DNA of 64,000 nt from Anthoceros angustus (taxonomy: Eukaryota > Plantae > Anthocerotophyta), in NCBI GenBank assembly GCA_010909165.1, contig VJWM01000151.1, positions 434,001 through 498,000 of the forward strand, in the 5' to 3' direction. Below the pieces are notes generated by a model, which made no database searches, had not been told where the DNA came from, and saw nothing but the letters and a program-made list of their open reading frames with translations. A program made the translations under genes and the position numbers. Of the stretch, positions 1 through 13,190 are shown piece by piece. Positions within the stretch are counted from its first letter, which is position 1. Every line of letters begins with the position of its first letter.

Positions 1-1476
1 GGGCCGGTGGAGGCGGAGGCCGAGAGAACGGCCCGAAGGCGAGCGGTGGCGTGAGCAAGCACGGACAAGTGAGGCTGGAGGCCGGCCCGAAATCAGGGGA
101 CCTCGAGTGCAGAGGTAGAAGGAGGCGGCGGGAGTTGGAGGGGCAAGGACACCTTGGGTTACAACTCCAAGGCAGCGTCGGCGGAATTCTCAATGGGAGA
201 ATCCAGACTTGACGGAGATAGGCGCCTCGGCTCTGCACGAAGATGGAGGCGGGAGGTGGCCAAGGAGGCGGAGGCCACGGCCAAGAAGCGCGACAAGGAG
301 GTGGAGGATCTCGGACTCGGCTCGGGAGGTGGAGGCGGCGGGGAGATGGAGGACCGCAAGGAGACTTTGGGCTGCGGCTCAAACTATCATTGAGAGGAAT
401 GGTAGTGCGGGACATGGTCGCGAACGCGACCGGAAATAGAGCGGCCCGCCTGGGGACGGAGCCGAAGGCGATGGAACAGGAGCAGGACGCCGAGATGGAG
501 AAGAACTGGGTGAAGCCATGATGGTGTTGCCGGCCAAATGCAGGCGGGGAGATGGCGGAGTTATGACAGAATGGACAAGGAGGAGGGCGCCGGAAGGCAA
601 GAAGCCGTCCACCGAGGAAGTCGGAAGGAGCAGCTGCGTTATGGCGGGCAAGCATGAACCAAGGGAGGAGTTGGAGCAAGGGAGCAACAATGACCCATGG
701 AGGTGACGAGGCACCGGTACTCGAGAAGCACCCATATCCAACTCAGGTGGAGCAACAAGCGGGCAATGTGCTCCCCGAGCACTATGGCGGGGAGTACGCT
801 CCGCACGTGGAAGAGGCAATCCAGAAGTGGATTGGACTTTGCCTATTACCACACCGAGCTCCCTGGCTGAGGCCTCTCGCTCACCGCCAATGACGGACCC
901 CGGAAGGCCTTGAGGGAAGAAGGGGACAAGACAGGACCCTAGGGGCCCTGCTTGAGACGACGGCGGGGAGGAGCCCCAAGAGGAGCGGACGCCGGACCCC
1001 AAGGTAAGTTCACCACCACCCGATCCGGTGGCAGGGTAAGGAGGAGCCAACCCAACCAAGACAAGGGTCGGGGTAAGGAGGAGGACCTAAAGACGAGGTC
1101 CACAGAAGGGGTCCGAGTTGGAGACGGACTAATAAGTGACCGAGGTCCGAACCCGAGACGAGGCCGACCCACGGGACTGGAAATAAACCGACCTTGGAGT
1201 TCAGTTCGGAGTCGAGACCGACCGAGGTCCGGACCGCAAGGAGGAGCCCCGACTTACGCTAGGGAGCGACAGGTGGCCCCACCGAGGGACCCACGGAAGG
1301 CGGGAGGATGATGGTAACGGCGGCCGCCGATCACGAGCCAACCCGACAGTGATTCCGGGAGAAAGGAGGGTCCGCCGCGGATCATCCGATTGCGCGCACT
1401 GTGTGGGAGATTGGACCACCAATCCCAAGGCGAACCCGGACCTTCCACCCCACCGGGCGAGATAGGGGGGAATAGG

Positions 1477-2075
1477 ATGGTAGGCGTCGATTAGGCATAC
1501 CGAAATGGGCCTCAAATAGGGGTGTAAGAAAAGGGCGTAGTATAAGAGGGCCGGGCCTAATAAATCATCTTTCTTGGTGTTGATGCCGCTGTTTGCGCAC
1601 TGTGTGTCTTCGCTAACGTGAGTCCCGAGTCAGCGGTGCACGGCGACCGAGGGATTGATCGTGGTCCCGTGACGACCTAACGGTTGTGGTGTGCAGGAAG
1701 GGTGATCTGGGACCCGTGCGTCGCAGAGCCCGCCCAAACGGACCGAACGTGGAGGAGGACTCGGAGGGCGCAGGACGAGAGGCCCGGAACGACGAGGAGG
1801 TCCTGACGTAACCCGCGCCTTTTCTTAAGACCGAGTGTAGCGAGAGAGGAGGGAGAGAGGTGAGAGACGAACGAACGAACGGACGCGAACGGTCCTTAAA
1901 CGCTTGGCCATACCGGCCTCGACTACGCTAGTAGTTAGGCGCGTAGGACCGAGTGGACGAGTAAGACGAGAATCACCAAACGCCGCAAACGGAGCTATCA
2001 TTCCTTTGGGAACGGACTCTTCCTACAACGACACGGATTGGCGCGCCCGGCCGGCTGCCGAAAAGTCGCGCCACA
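1477..2075 (+). repeat. Possible LTR of the left Gypsy element
   Basis: Purine tract agatagggggggaatagga just before ~1477; TATA-like tataag (~1541) and aataaa (~1559); ends ...ccaCA followed by ttttggcgc (PBS-like). No second LTR is in the window to confirm it. Confidence 0.3.
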
Positions 2076-3269
2076 TTTTGGCGCTCGGGAATGAAATCGC
2101 TCAGAAAGCGTGGATGCGTGGAGGACGGAGGTAGTTAAGAATCGATAGAGTCGGACGCCAGATCGCCGAGCGCCGAGCGCGCGCACGTGAGAGACGAAGC
2201 TCGAGGCGACACCACACCAACTGTAAGCGTGGTGGAGTTGTCGGATCGAGAGGAGGACGCAGACCAAGTCAGCGGTAAGGGGCGGTTCTCATCACCGATC
2301 GCGACGATGGCAACAACGCCGACTCAAGCGATTCTCTTTGGAGGTAAGAAGGAGGACGAAACCTTTGGAGGATTTCGCGCGCAAACTTCAACGGAGAAGG
2401 TTCGGATGCAGCCATTCACTGCTCCAAGTCCTCGGGGTACAGCCGCTGGTATATCGGAGGAAATACCGACCGCCCGTAACGCACGCAACCTTCAAGATTG
2501 AAGGATGCCTTCAGAAAGATTCCGCGAATCGATCAAGAAGGCTACGCCTTGTCCAAACTCGAGAACCCGCGAGGAAGACGAGAAGTTGGGATCGTGACAT
2601 CGAACGGTTCTACGCTCCGCGGACCGCACCCCACCACACTACCATGCAAAGCGGACGTGGTTCGCATGGCTTATCCAAGCCAATGGCTAAGCACGTCCGC
2701 TGGCAGAAAGATGTGAGCAAGGTCCGGGCGGAGAACTATGAAGAATCGATGCACCAACGACGGCCGAGGACTCCTCCAGGAGGAAAGAAGAAAAGAAGAA
2801 ACGGGTCGGATCAAGATGAAGAACCCTGACAAGAGGATGATGAGACCGAGGTCGGAGGAAGAGGAAGAGGACTCAAGAAGAACTGAGGAGGTCATGGAAG
2901 AAGAAGAACCACCAAAAATAAGAAGAAGAAGTAGTCGAGGGTGGAAAGAAGGAGGTCATGATGCCCGCACGACGAGAGGTCCCACCGACCACCTCCTTTG
3001 AAGGAAGTAGGGACCGAGGGAAGATCTAGAACGGGTAATGAAGAGGTGGAGGAGTTGACGATCAACCGTGAAGGATAAAGAACGCGTGGCCACCACGGTC
3101 CGACTCATTTGTGGTGTGCGGTGTGTCACCAACATGGGCATTCAAGGCCAACCGCCTCCGCACCTGGAACCGTGGAGTATGACTACGGGGAAGAGTCCGA
3201 GGAACAAAGGGAGGATGCATACCAAGTGCAAGAAGCACAACCGGACCACGTGATCCAACGATGTACCCA

Positions 3270-6200
3270 TGCAGCTGGTCCGTCTGCATCGACTGGCGCA
3301 AAGACCGCATGGGAGCCCCTCCAGAATTCTCGTGGCGGTCGTTGGAACTGTGGAACCCCGGCACTACTCCAACGTGCCCATACCCCACCGCAAGGTAACG
3401 GGACTTTGAACGCCTGTGGAGATGGCGGCACATGGCAAGACCGTGTCCGAACCTCGCCGGACGGCGGCCACGCCACCCCGGGAGCCCCGACCACCCACGC
3501 CCTCCCTAAGGCCTGTATATAAATTGAAGACGCACAAGGCGGAGGAGGAGGCACCGAGGAGCTCGAACGAGGTGGTACGGGCAAGTTCGCCAAGGAGAAG
3601 AAGGCGGACCGAGGTACCGGAAGTGTCAACCCGAGTCGCCAAGGAGCGAAGGAAGGAGACAGTAAGAGGAAGAAAAATGGGGATAGTCCCACTGGATACA
3701 CGGAGGACTAACACTGCAAGGAATAACCCGCCAAAGAGGACGAAGTTAAACCGGCAGCCCGCCAAGAAGAAACCCCAAAAGCCACCGGAGTCTCCGAGAA
3801 GCGACTCACCCACAACGCCAGCTTCCACCGGATGTGGTCCGAGAAGTGACCGAGATGCTTCAAGAAGAACTCCGACAGACCTGTGGTCCGACCACCACAG
3901 GTGGCCAAACGCCGGAGGAGTCAAGGCGACGCGTGACGCAGAGAGAACCACCCGCCCTTTCAAGGTGGCCGACTTGATGATGGACCAACAACACTTGGTG
4001 TCCCTTAGGCGCTTGTTAAAGACAACCCGTATCGGCTGTGAAGTCCGAAGGCCATCAGGAAACGCAACCACGCCGGAACCCCTTGGCCGGGCAAGAACGT
4101 GGAGGTAAGTAGTATCTCATACGGACCACAGGGCGCCGATGGTGCGGTGGAAATTGCGGTGTGTAATTAAAACGTGCCTCTAGACACGGGTCGAGTGAAC
4201 CTCATCAGAGGCCACCGCAAGGCAGGGGGTTCACCACCTTCGAGCCATCCACCAAAACCCTCGTGGATGGGACATGTCGGCGAGCGCCAGCCAGGGAGTT
4301 GTCCGAGTCCAAGCCACCATAGCGGAGCCCCTATACATTAGATTTTGTCACATCGACGCCGACCTCACGAGGTCCCGCTAGCGGCCTTACCGGGCCTCGC
4401 TGCATAAAACTACACTTGGACGGAAGGAAATACACTCTGCCGGACTGGGATCCAAGGTGAGGGAAGGACGGTAGCGACACTGGAGTAAGGACACGATCGG
4501 TGAAACCACACCATGTAGAGGGTACACCTCCGTCAAGACAAGGGGACGATGAGCGAGGATACGAATGAGGACTACCTTTCCCAAAATCACGTGGTCCAAG
4601 AAGAAATGGACTATCGAAGGGACACCTTTGGAGCGAGGTGATCACCGCTTCCAAGTGGAAGTCATGGAGGACGAACAAAAGGCGGAACCCTTTCAAGAGG
4701 AGGACCTCAAGAAGTAACCTGCTTCACTGACGAACTCTTTCGAATGGGGAATGCGTGAAGATGAACCGCGGAGGAGGATGATGGCGGGCGAGCGGAGGGA
4801 GAGAGACTAACCCGACGATGTACCCCGCGGTTGGTCCGTCTGCATCGACCTCGATGCGACCGCCGGAGCCCCTCGAATTCTCGGCGGCGGTGGTCTGCTG
4901 GGCGGAACCCGGACACTACTCCAATGCGTGCCCATACCCCACTCGGCAAGGGCAGACTTTGAGCGTGTGTGGAGTAGCGGGCGGGCACATGCGGCGGTAC
5001 CTTGTGTCCGAACCCTCGCTCACGGGCGATGCGCCACGCCGGGAGAGCGACCACGCCTCCCCTCCTAAGGCGCTGCTACAAATTGAAGACGCTGGTGGCG
5101 GAGTGGGAGGAGGCAGAGGAGCTGAGCAGGTGGTGCAGCAAGTTCGAGGAAGAAGGCGGACTGGAGGTCGAAGTGTCAACCGTCGAAAGGAGCGGAAGGA
5201 AGGAGGCAGTTTAAGAGGAAGAAAAATGGGGATAGTCCCACGGATACGGAGGCGGAACACTGAAGGAAGCCGAACCCGCCAAGGAGGGAGTTAAACCGGC
5301 AGCCAAGAAGAAACCTCCCAAAAGCCAAGAGTCTCGGAGAAGCGGACTCACCTGCGCGCCGCTTCCCGGATGTGGTCAGAAGTGGAGATGCTTCAGAAGA
5401 ACTCCGGCAGACCCAGTGGTCCGACCACCACAGTAGCAAAGCTGGAGGAGACAAAAGGCGCAGCGTGGCGGAGAACCACCCGGCCCTTTCAAGGTGGCCG
5501 ACTTGATGATGGACCAACAACACTTGGTGTCCCTTAGGCGATTGTTAAAGACAACCCGTATCGGCTGTGAAGTCCGAAGGCCATCAGGGAAACGCAACCA
5601 CGCCGGAACTCCTTGGCCCGGAAGGGCAAGAACGTGGAGGTAAGAGTAGTATCTCATACGGACCCTGGGGCGCCAGTGGTGCAGGTGGAAATTGCGGGGT
5701 GTGTAATTAAAAACGTGCCTCTGGACACGGGGTCAGGAGTGAACCTCATCACCGAGGCCACCGCAAGACGGCTGGGGTTCACCACCTTCGAGCCATCCAC
5801 CAAAACCCTCGTGGATGGGACATGTCGGCGAGCGCCAGCCAGGGAGTTGTCCGAGTCCAAGCCACCATAGCGGAGCCCCTATACATTAGATTTTGTCACA
5901 TCGACGCCGACCTCACGAGGTCCCGCTAGCGGCCTTACCGGGCCTCGCTGCATAAAACTACACTTGGACGGAAGGAAATACACTCTGCCGGACTGGGATC
6001 CAAGGTGAGGGAAGGACGGTAGCGACACTGGAGTAAGGACACGATCGGTGAAACCACACCATGTAGAGGGTACACCTCAAGACAAGACAAGACACGAACG
6101 AGGACTAGGACTACCTTTCCCAAAATCACGTGGTCCAAGAAGAAATGGACTATCGAAGGGACACCTTTGGAGCGAGGTGATCACCGCTTCCAAGTGGAAG

Positions 6201-6360
6201 TCATGGAGGACGAACAAAAGGCGGAACCCTTTCAAGAGGAGGACCTCAAGAAGTAACCTGCTTCACTGACGAACTCTTTCGAATGGGGAATGCGTGAAGA
6301 TGAACCGCGGAGGAGGATGATGGCGGGGCGAGCGGAGGGAGAGAGACTAACCCGACGATG
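3270..6360 (+). repeat. ~1.55 kb tandem duplication inside the Gypsy gag-protease region
   Basis: 3270-4818 aligns to 4830-6360 (e.g. cttggccgggcaagaacgtggagg at ~4081 vs ccttggcccggaagggcaagaacgtggagg at ~5611), with many small indels. Confidence 0.85.
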
Positions 6361-7389
6361 TGGAAGATGGAGGTCCCTGTGGAAATTCCTAAAATTCCGC
6401 AAGGGTATGCCGAGAGGAAACAAGACCTCACACGATTGTTGGGGAATTCAACAGGTGTTCGCTTTCAAGGTCACGGACATGAAGGCATTCAAACAAAAGG
6501 CTAACACCGGATAGATCTGAAGCCGTGAGCGTGCCTGCTCGATTAGGCAAGATAAATCAATCCCAAGCACTCGCCAAGGTCAAGGAAGTCCCGGATAAGT
6601 ATCCGAAGCGACATCATCTTCCCAATCGTGAAAGGAGTGGGTGGCGCCCATTGTGTCGCGTCAAGAAGCAAAGGGCGATTCGGTCCAGATCGAGAAAGCT
6701 TAACGCCGCCACGGAAAGGACCATTTCCCATGCCCTTTGTGGACATACATCGGATAAGGTGGCGTGACGAGTACCTACTCCTTCTTGACGGCCATCCGGC
6801 CACAACCATTGCACCTAAGGGAGCCTGACCGATAAGACAACATTCACCACGGAGTGGGGACGCTTGCCTACAAACGGAGTGCCTTCGGATGACAGAGCAC
6901 CGGATCATTTATGCGATGGTGACCAATGCCTTCCGGAATTCCGAGGGACTTCATGGAGGTGTTCTTGACGACTGTGGTGCACGAGAGGAGGACAAACACG
7001 TGACATTTGAAGTGTTGGAACGATGTAGGAGACTCAACTGCCTCGCATCCCGAGAAATGCTACTGCATGATGAGGGAATCTTGTTGGGGCACCGATCGGT
7101 AAGAGGGATAGAGGTGGACCAAGACAAGGTGAAAGTCATCCCCCGCAACGAACTTGAAGGAGTTACGGGATTCCCGGCATGGTGGGTTACTATAGGCGCT
7201 TCATCCAAGATTTTGCAAAGAGGGCTTCCAGGCTAACAGAGCTACTCAGGAAGGAGGAGGAATGGACCTTGACGCCAGAGAGGGAGGCGGCGTCGAGACC
7301 CACAGTACTCGGTGCCTCAAGATTAAAGTGCCTCTTGAGCTCCAACTCACCCATTCGCCCGTTGGATCTCTAGCGTTGCAAAAAAGAAG

Positions 7390-10300
7390 AAAAAGTAAAG
7401 CTGAAACTTTGTCCTTGGCCACATTGGTTGCGATAATGTTTGTATGCTACATCTGTAAAAACTATATGTGCTCGTAATCACCACAACACACCCACAATTT
7501 CACGTACATTCATTACTCGACAATACACCTATACAATCACACAACCATATGCTTATACATTCACACAAACAACAACACTCCCACTTCCTCACGCATAAAG
7601 CTTAATATCGTAAACTGGGATTACTTATCTCGTTGATGTAGAAGGTGTGCTGGCACCCCACGGTGAAAAGCTGGGTTGTCACGGAGGCCTCCACCGGACT
7701 CCGCCCCTCAGTAATGGGTGGCGCAGTACACGGTGTGAGCGCCATGCACGGCCAAGACCGCCACCGCCTCTTGCTCCCACCATTCTAGAGCGTGCTCCAC
7801 CGGCGCAATGACCTCGACCTGTGATCGGGACATATGGGATCACCGATCGCCCTAGTCAGATGTACTTGGCACTCAATCGGGTCCAAGGAGCCGGGGTTGT
7901 TTGGGTGGCCTCCAACCATACCGCTTCTAAGACTGTAGTAGGTGGAGCGCAACAGCATGGAGCGTAGCCATTGCCTACGGCCGATCGCCACATTAATTTT
8001 AATTTTAAAATAATATATATATATAAATTAAAACAGAAATTTTGACATACATAGTAAGAGGAAGGAAAAGGAAAAGGGATGAGGGAGGGAGAATATATTT
8101 TAATCAATATAAATATATACGGCAAGGAGAAATATAAGGTGCATTACATAATTGGTGAAAATTTGTATTGCATGCTACAAATGGCATTCCATAGTTCCTC
8201 ATACTCATCTTCTTGTTCAATCGGAATTTCTTGAGTGAAAAGATAATCACCCACATTTCCAAGGTGTGTTGGAAGTTGGACAATCAGAGTTATGTCTTTC
8301 ATGTCTTTCTCATATTTTCGTTTTCCTCTTCAATAGAAATATCCTCCTCGCATTCATTTTCTTCCTCTCTAGAAATGCCTTTCTTATATTCATTTTATCC
8401 TTAATCTTTAATGAAATATTTTTATCTTATTTTCATAAATATTGAGTACAAATATCTTGAGTAAAAAGGTAGTCACTTCTAAATCTAAGATGTGTTGGAA
8501 GTTCGACAATTAGATTTTCCTCATATTGGTCGTTGCTTCGTTAAAACGTTTTCTTCATATTAGTTTTCTTGTTTACTAAAAGCGTCATGTTATATTGGTT
8601 TACTTCTTGAGTAGAAATATTTTCTCATGTTGGATTATTTCTTGAGTAAAACTATCCTTTCCATATTGGTTTACTTCTTGAGTAGCAATGTCTTCCTTGT
8701 ATTTGTTCTTGAGCAGTAATGTCTTCCTTGTAGTTATTTGCAGAGCGAGATTAGAGTGTAGCTTCTTGTGATGGGTGATGCTGGAGGGTAAAAGTGTTGC
8801 ACCCAAAACTGAGACTGTTCTGCAACCTCAGGAGTATAAAGAACTCAGAAACACGTTGGTTTTTGCGTGTCAGCCAGCACTGAAACACAGTCTCCTGTGA
8901 ATGAGGAACATCTTGTGGAAGCTGCATCTCACCAATCAGCGTGCTCTTGGAAGAGGCGCACAGTGCCGTTTGGGAATGGAGAGTGGGGTTCAGGTGCCAC
9001 ATCAAGGTAAGGTAAGTCCGTACTGCCCGACCTGCATTCTGCTTAAACCCTAGGGCAGCCGTGCCCAGATGCAGACTCATAACCACTTTCGCTGATTTGG
9101 TCATGGATCTACTTGCCTTTTTCAAGTGCTGCGATGCTAGCACATCCGTTCAAACCACTGACAATCTTCAAACTATCTGGCTTTAGTCCTGCCTGATGAA
9201 TGTTATCAAAAGTTCCCAGAGCCTTCTTGCCTTGCCCAAGCTGTGCATACCCCTTGATCATAAACGTCCAAGACATTCTATCCCTCGTGGGCATGTTGTC
9301 ATCATACAATTCCAACATATTCTATCCCTCGTGGGCATTCTGTCCAAGACCAAGTGTGCACCCTCCGTGCTTCCACACCTTGCGTACATGTCAATCAGAG
9401 CATTCGCTATAACAATGTTTGTTCCTTATATGGGCAACTGCCTTTGGAGATAGACAGAGAATGTGGGACTTTTCTGCACGTCATACCTTCGAGAAGTTGG
9501 TGAAAAAGATTTGGTTTCCCAGTCCACACTCCTTGTGGGTCATGCTCAGCATGGATATGCACAGGAATGTCTGCAACTCTTTGAGCAAATGCAGGAGGAT
9601 GGTGTGAGCCCAGCATGATCTCAGTTGCTTCTGCATTGAATGCTTGTGCTAGCAAAGTAGCACTGAAACAGGGAAAGCAAATTCACGACCTAATCAGAGA
9701 GTGATTTTCATGCAACCTCGTTGTTGGAAATGCCCTTGTGGACATGCATGCAAAATGTGGAAGCCAAAGGTTGCGCGAAAGGTTTTTGACTTGATGCCTG
9801 TGTGATGTGGTATCATAGAAAAGTAAAGCTGAAACTTTGTCCTTGGCCACATTGGTTGCGATAATGTTTGTATGCTACATCTGTAAAAACTATATGTGCG
9901 TTCAGAATCACCACAACACACCCACAATTTCACAGACATTCATTACTCTGACAATACACCTATACAATCACACAACCATATGCTTCGCCACATTCACACA
10001 AACAACAACACTCCCACTTCCTCACAGACAAAGCTTAATATCAGAAATCTGGGATTACTTATCTCGTCGTTGATGTAGAAGGTGCTTACCCCACAGTCGA
10101 AAAGTTGCACTAGGAGCTGCCTCCACCGGACTCGTCCGGCGTAGTAATGGGTGGCGCAGCACGGCAGAGCGCGCCATGCACGGCCGACACACCGCCCCCC
10201 TCTTGCTCCCACCATTCTAGAGCCGTGCTCCACCGCAATGACCTCGACCTCGGCATCGGGACATATGGGATCACCGATCTCGTCCCTAGTCAGACCGTGG

Positions 10301-12270
10301 TACTTGGCACTCAATCGGGTCCAAGGAGCCGGGGTTGTTTGGTGGCCTCCTCAACCATCTTCCAAGACTGTAGTAGGTGGAGCGTATGTATCTGAGGCGT
10401 GTAGCCATTACCTACGGCCTTCATTAATTTTAATTTTAAAATAATATATATATATAAATTAAAACAGTAAATTTTGACATACATAGTAAAGAGGGAAGGA
10501 AAAGGAAAGGGGATGAGGGAGGGAGAATATATTTTAATCAATATAAATATATACGGCAAGGAGAAATATAAGGTGCATTACATAATTGGTGAAAATTTGT
10601 ATTGCATGCTACAAATGGCATTCCATAGTTCCTCATACTCATCTTCTTGTTCAATCGGAATTTCTTGAGTGAAAAGATAATCACCCACATTTCCAAGGTG
10701 TGTTGGAAGTTGGACAATCAGAGTTATGTCTTTCATGTCTTTCTCATATTTTCGTTTTCCTCTTCAATAGAAATATCCTCCTCGCATTCATTTTCTTCCT
10801 CTCTAGAAATGCCTTTCTTATATTCATTTTTATCCTTAATCTTTAATGAAATATTTTTATCTTATTTTCATAAATATTGAGTACAAATATCTTGAGTAAA
10901 AAGGTAGTCACTTCTAAATCTAAGATGTGTTGGAAGTTCGACAATTAGATTTTCCTCATATTGGTCGTTTGCTTCTTCGTTAAAACGTTTTTCTTCATAT
11001 TAGTTTTCTTGTTTACTAAAAGCGTCATGTTATATTGGTTTACTTCTTGAGTAGAAATATTTTCTCATGTTGGATTATTTCTTGAGTAAAACTATCCTTT
11101 CCATATTGGTTTACTTCTTGAGTAGCAATGTCTTCCTTGTATTTGTTCTTGAGCAGTAATGTCTTCCTTGTAGTTATTTGCAGAGCGAGATTAGAGTGTA
11201 GCTTCTTGTGATGGGTGATGCTGGAGGGTAAAAGTGTTGCACCCAAAACTGAGACTGTTCTGCAACCTCAGGAGTATAAAGAACTCAGAAACACGTTGGT
11301 TTTTGCGTGTCAGCCAGCACTGAAACACAGTCTCCTGTGAATGAGGAACATCTTGTGGAAGCTGCATCTCACCAATCAGCGTGCTCTTGGAAGAGGCGCA
11401 CAGTGCCGTTTGGGAATGGAGAGTGGGGTTCAGGTGCCACATCAAGGTAAGGTAAGTCCGTACTGCCCGACCTGCATTCTGCTTAAACCCTAGGGCAGCC
11501 GTGCCCAGATGCAGACTCATAACCACTTTCGCTGATTTGGTCATGGATCTACTTGCCTTTTTCAAGTGCTGCGATGCTAGCACATCCGTTCAAACCACTG
11601 ACAATCTTCAAACTATCTGGCTTTAGTCCTGCCTGATGAATGTTATCAAAAGTTCCCAGAGCCTTCTTGCCTTGCCCAAGCTGTGCATACCCCTTGATCA
11701 TAAACGTCCAAGACATTCTATCCCTCGTGGGCATGTTGTCATCATACAATTCCAACATATTCTATCCCTCGTGGGCATTCTGTCCAAGACCAAGTGTGCA
11801 CCCTCCGTGCTTCCACACCTTGCGTACATGTCAATCAGAGCATTCGCTATAACAATGTTTGTTCCTTATATGGGCAACTGCCTTTTGGAGATAGACAGAG
11901 AATGTGGGGACTTGTTTTCTGCACGTCATACCTTCGAGAAGTTGGTGAAAAAAGATTTGGTTTCCCAGTCCACACTCCTTGTGGGTCATGCTCAGCATGG
12001 ATATGCACAGGAATGTCTGCAACTCTTTGAGCAAATGCAGGAGGATGGTGTGAAGCCCAGCATGATCTCAGTTGCTTCTGCATTGAATGCTTGTGCTAGC
12101 AAAGTAGCACTGAAACAGGGAAAGCAAATTCACGACCTAATCAGAGAGAGTGATTTTCATGCAAACCTCGTTGTTGGAAATGCCCTTGTGGACATGCATG
12201 CAAAATGTGGGAAGCCAAAGGTTGCGCGAAAGGTTTTTGACTTGATGCCTGTGCGGGATGTGGTATCATA
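7390..12270. repeat. ~2.43 kb near-identical tandem duplication
   Basis: aaaagtaaagctgaaactttgtccttggcc occurs at ~7392 and ~9819. The ORF track shows identical peptides in both halves (8751..9143 = 11191..11583; 9109..9318 = 11549..11758). Confidence 0.92.
11549..11770 (-). pseudogene. PLS-PPR fragment (duplicated at 9109-9330)
   Basis: MPTRDRMSWTFMIKGYAQLGQGKKALGTFDNIHQAGLKPDSLKIVSGLNGCASIAALEKGK is a P/L-type PPR motif pair. Confidence 0.75.
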
Positions 12271-12620
12271 GAAAAGTATGATAGCTGGATATGGTCACAA
12301 CGGACTAGGCCAGGATGCCCTCACCCTCAACGTTGCTATTTGAACAGATGAAACTGCAAAATGTGAAGCTCAACCCCAAAACATTTCTATCTGTCCTTTC
12401 TGCATGCAACCACAAGGGCTTATGGGATGAAGGGTGCAAGCATTTTGAGTCCATGTCGCAAGAATACGGGATATGTCCTACCTTTTTGGTCGTGCAGGAC
12501 GTCTGGATGAGGCTGAACAAATTTTTGAGCAGATGCCCGTTCAACCTACCATCCATCGCGTGCAGCATCCTGCTAGTTAGTTTGGAAGCGATATCAGTAT
12601 TCAGGCCGGACAGCCAATGA
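11850..12620 (+). pseudogene. PLS-PPR pseudogene fragment (partial duplicate at 9400-9810)
   Basis: GNALVDMHAKCGKPKVARKVFDLMPVRDVVS* and TFLSVLSACNHKGLWDEGCKHFESMSQEYGICPT (P2-L2-S2 region); contains an in-frame stop and frameshifts. Confidence 0.8.
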
Positions 12621-13104
12621 AGTATTCAGGCCGGAACTAGGATGCGTGACGTGCTGAAGGCGCCGAGAAGCTTATAGCCTAGCCGGACATTTCAGAGATT
12701 GGCCGCTCTGTTCACATTTCTCAATTCGTTACTTGAGTGATCTGGAGATCCAGCGGACACAACGATGGGAGACAGTGCTGTGTCGTCGAGGCTGAGGAGA
12801 TGAACCAGATTCATGGCAGAAATTGCTGCCGATCCAGCCCCGGTTGCTGCGCCTGCTCGAAAAGAACAACGACAACCAGAGGACAGGAAAGGAAGCAAGC
12901 AGCTGGCAAGAAGAGTGCAGTTCGTGAGCATGTGGAGCCTGTACGTCCACCAGAATTCCAAGTGCTCACTTGTTGGAAGCTGAGTTTAGAAGTCGTGTGA
13001 AGGCACCAGTGCTTCCACAGGCCTTCCGAAGGCAAGCAAAAGTAAAATGGTCGGCCGAAAGGAGACCCTCCCCAGAACAAGTGCCTCATGTCCGAGCCCT
13101 TGGC

Positions 13105-13190
13105 GGGCATACCCAATCAGGGCATTGAATGTTACCACGTCCTTTGTGTTCAGTTGGCCGTCTTGAACAGCCTCAAGGCCAGCCTCCATA
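13105..13190 (-). pseudogene. Isolated PPR motif remnant
   Basis: KDVVTFNALIGYARQGLGHEAL in ORF 12986..13219. Confidence 0.55.

Larger units (their letters stand above)
1..7320 (+). mobile_element. Degenerate Ty3/Gypsy LTR retrotransposon (Athila/Tat-like), 3'-truncated within RT/RNaseH
   Basis: Zinc-knuckle remnant (EPGHYSNAC, ~4880-4930); aspartic protease VPLDTGSGVNLI (5613-5870); RT remnants PFPMPFVD (~6720), LLGHRSVRGIEVDQDKVKVI (~7080-7140) and GYYRRFIQDFAKRASRLTELLRK (7185-7260). All are frameshifted. Confidence 0.85.

Noticed and set aside
9994-10430. GC-rich coding-looking segment (KYHGLTRDEIGDPICPDAEVEVIAVEHG...)
   Set aside because: Could not assign it to any family; frameshifted and duplicated in noisy sequence.
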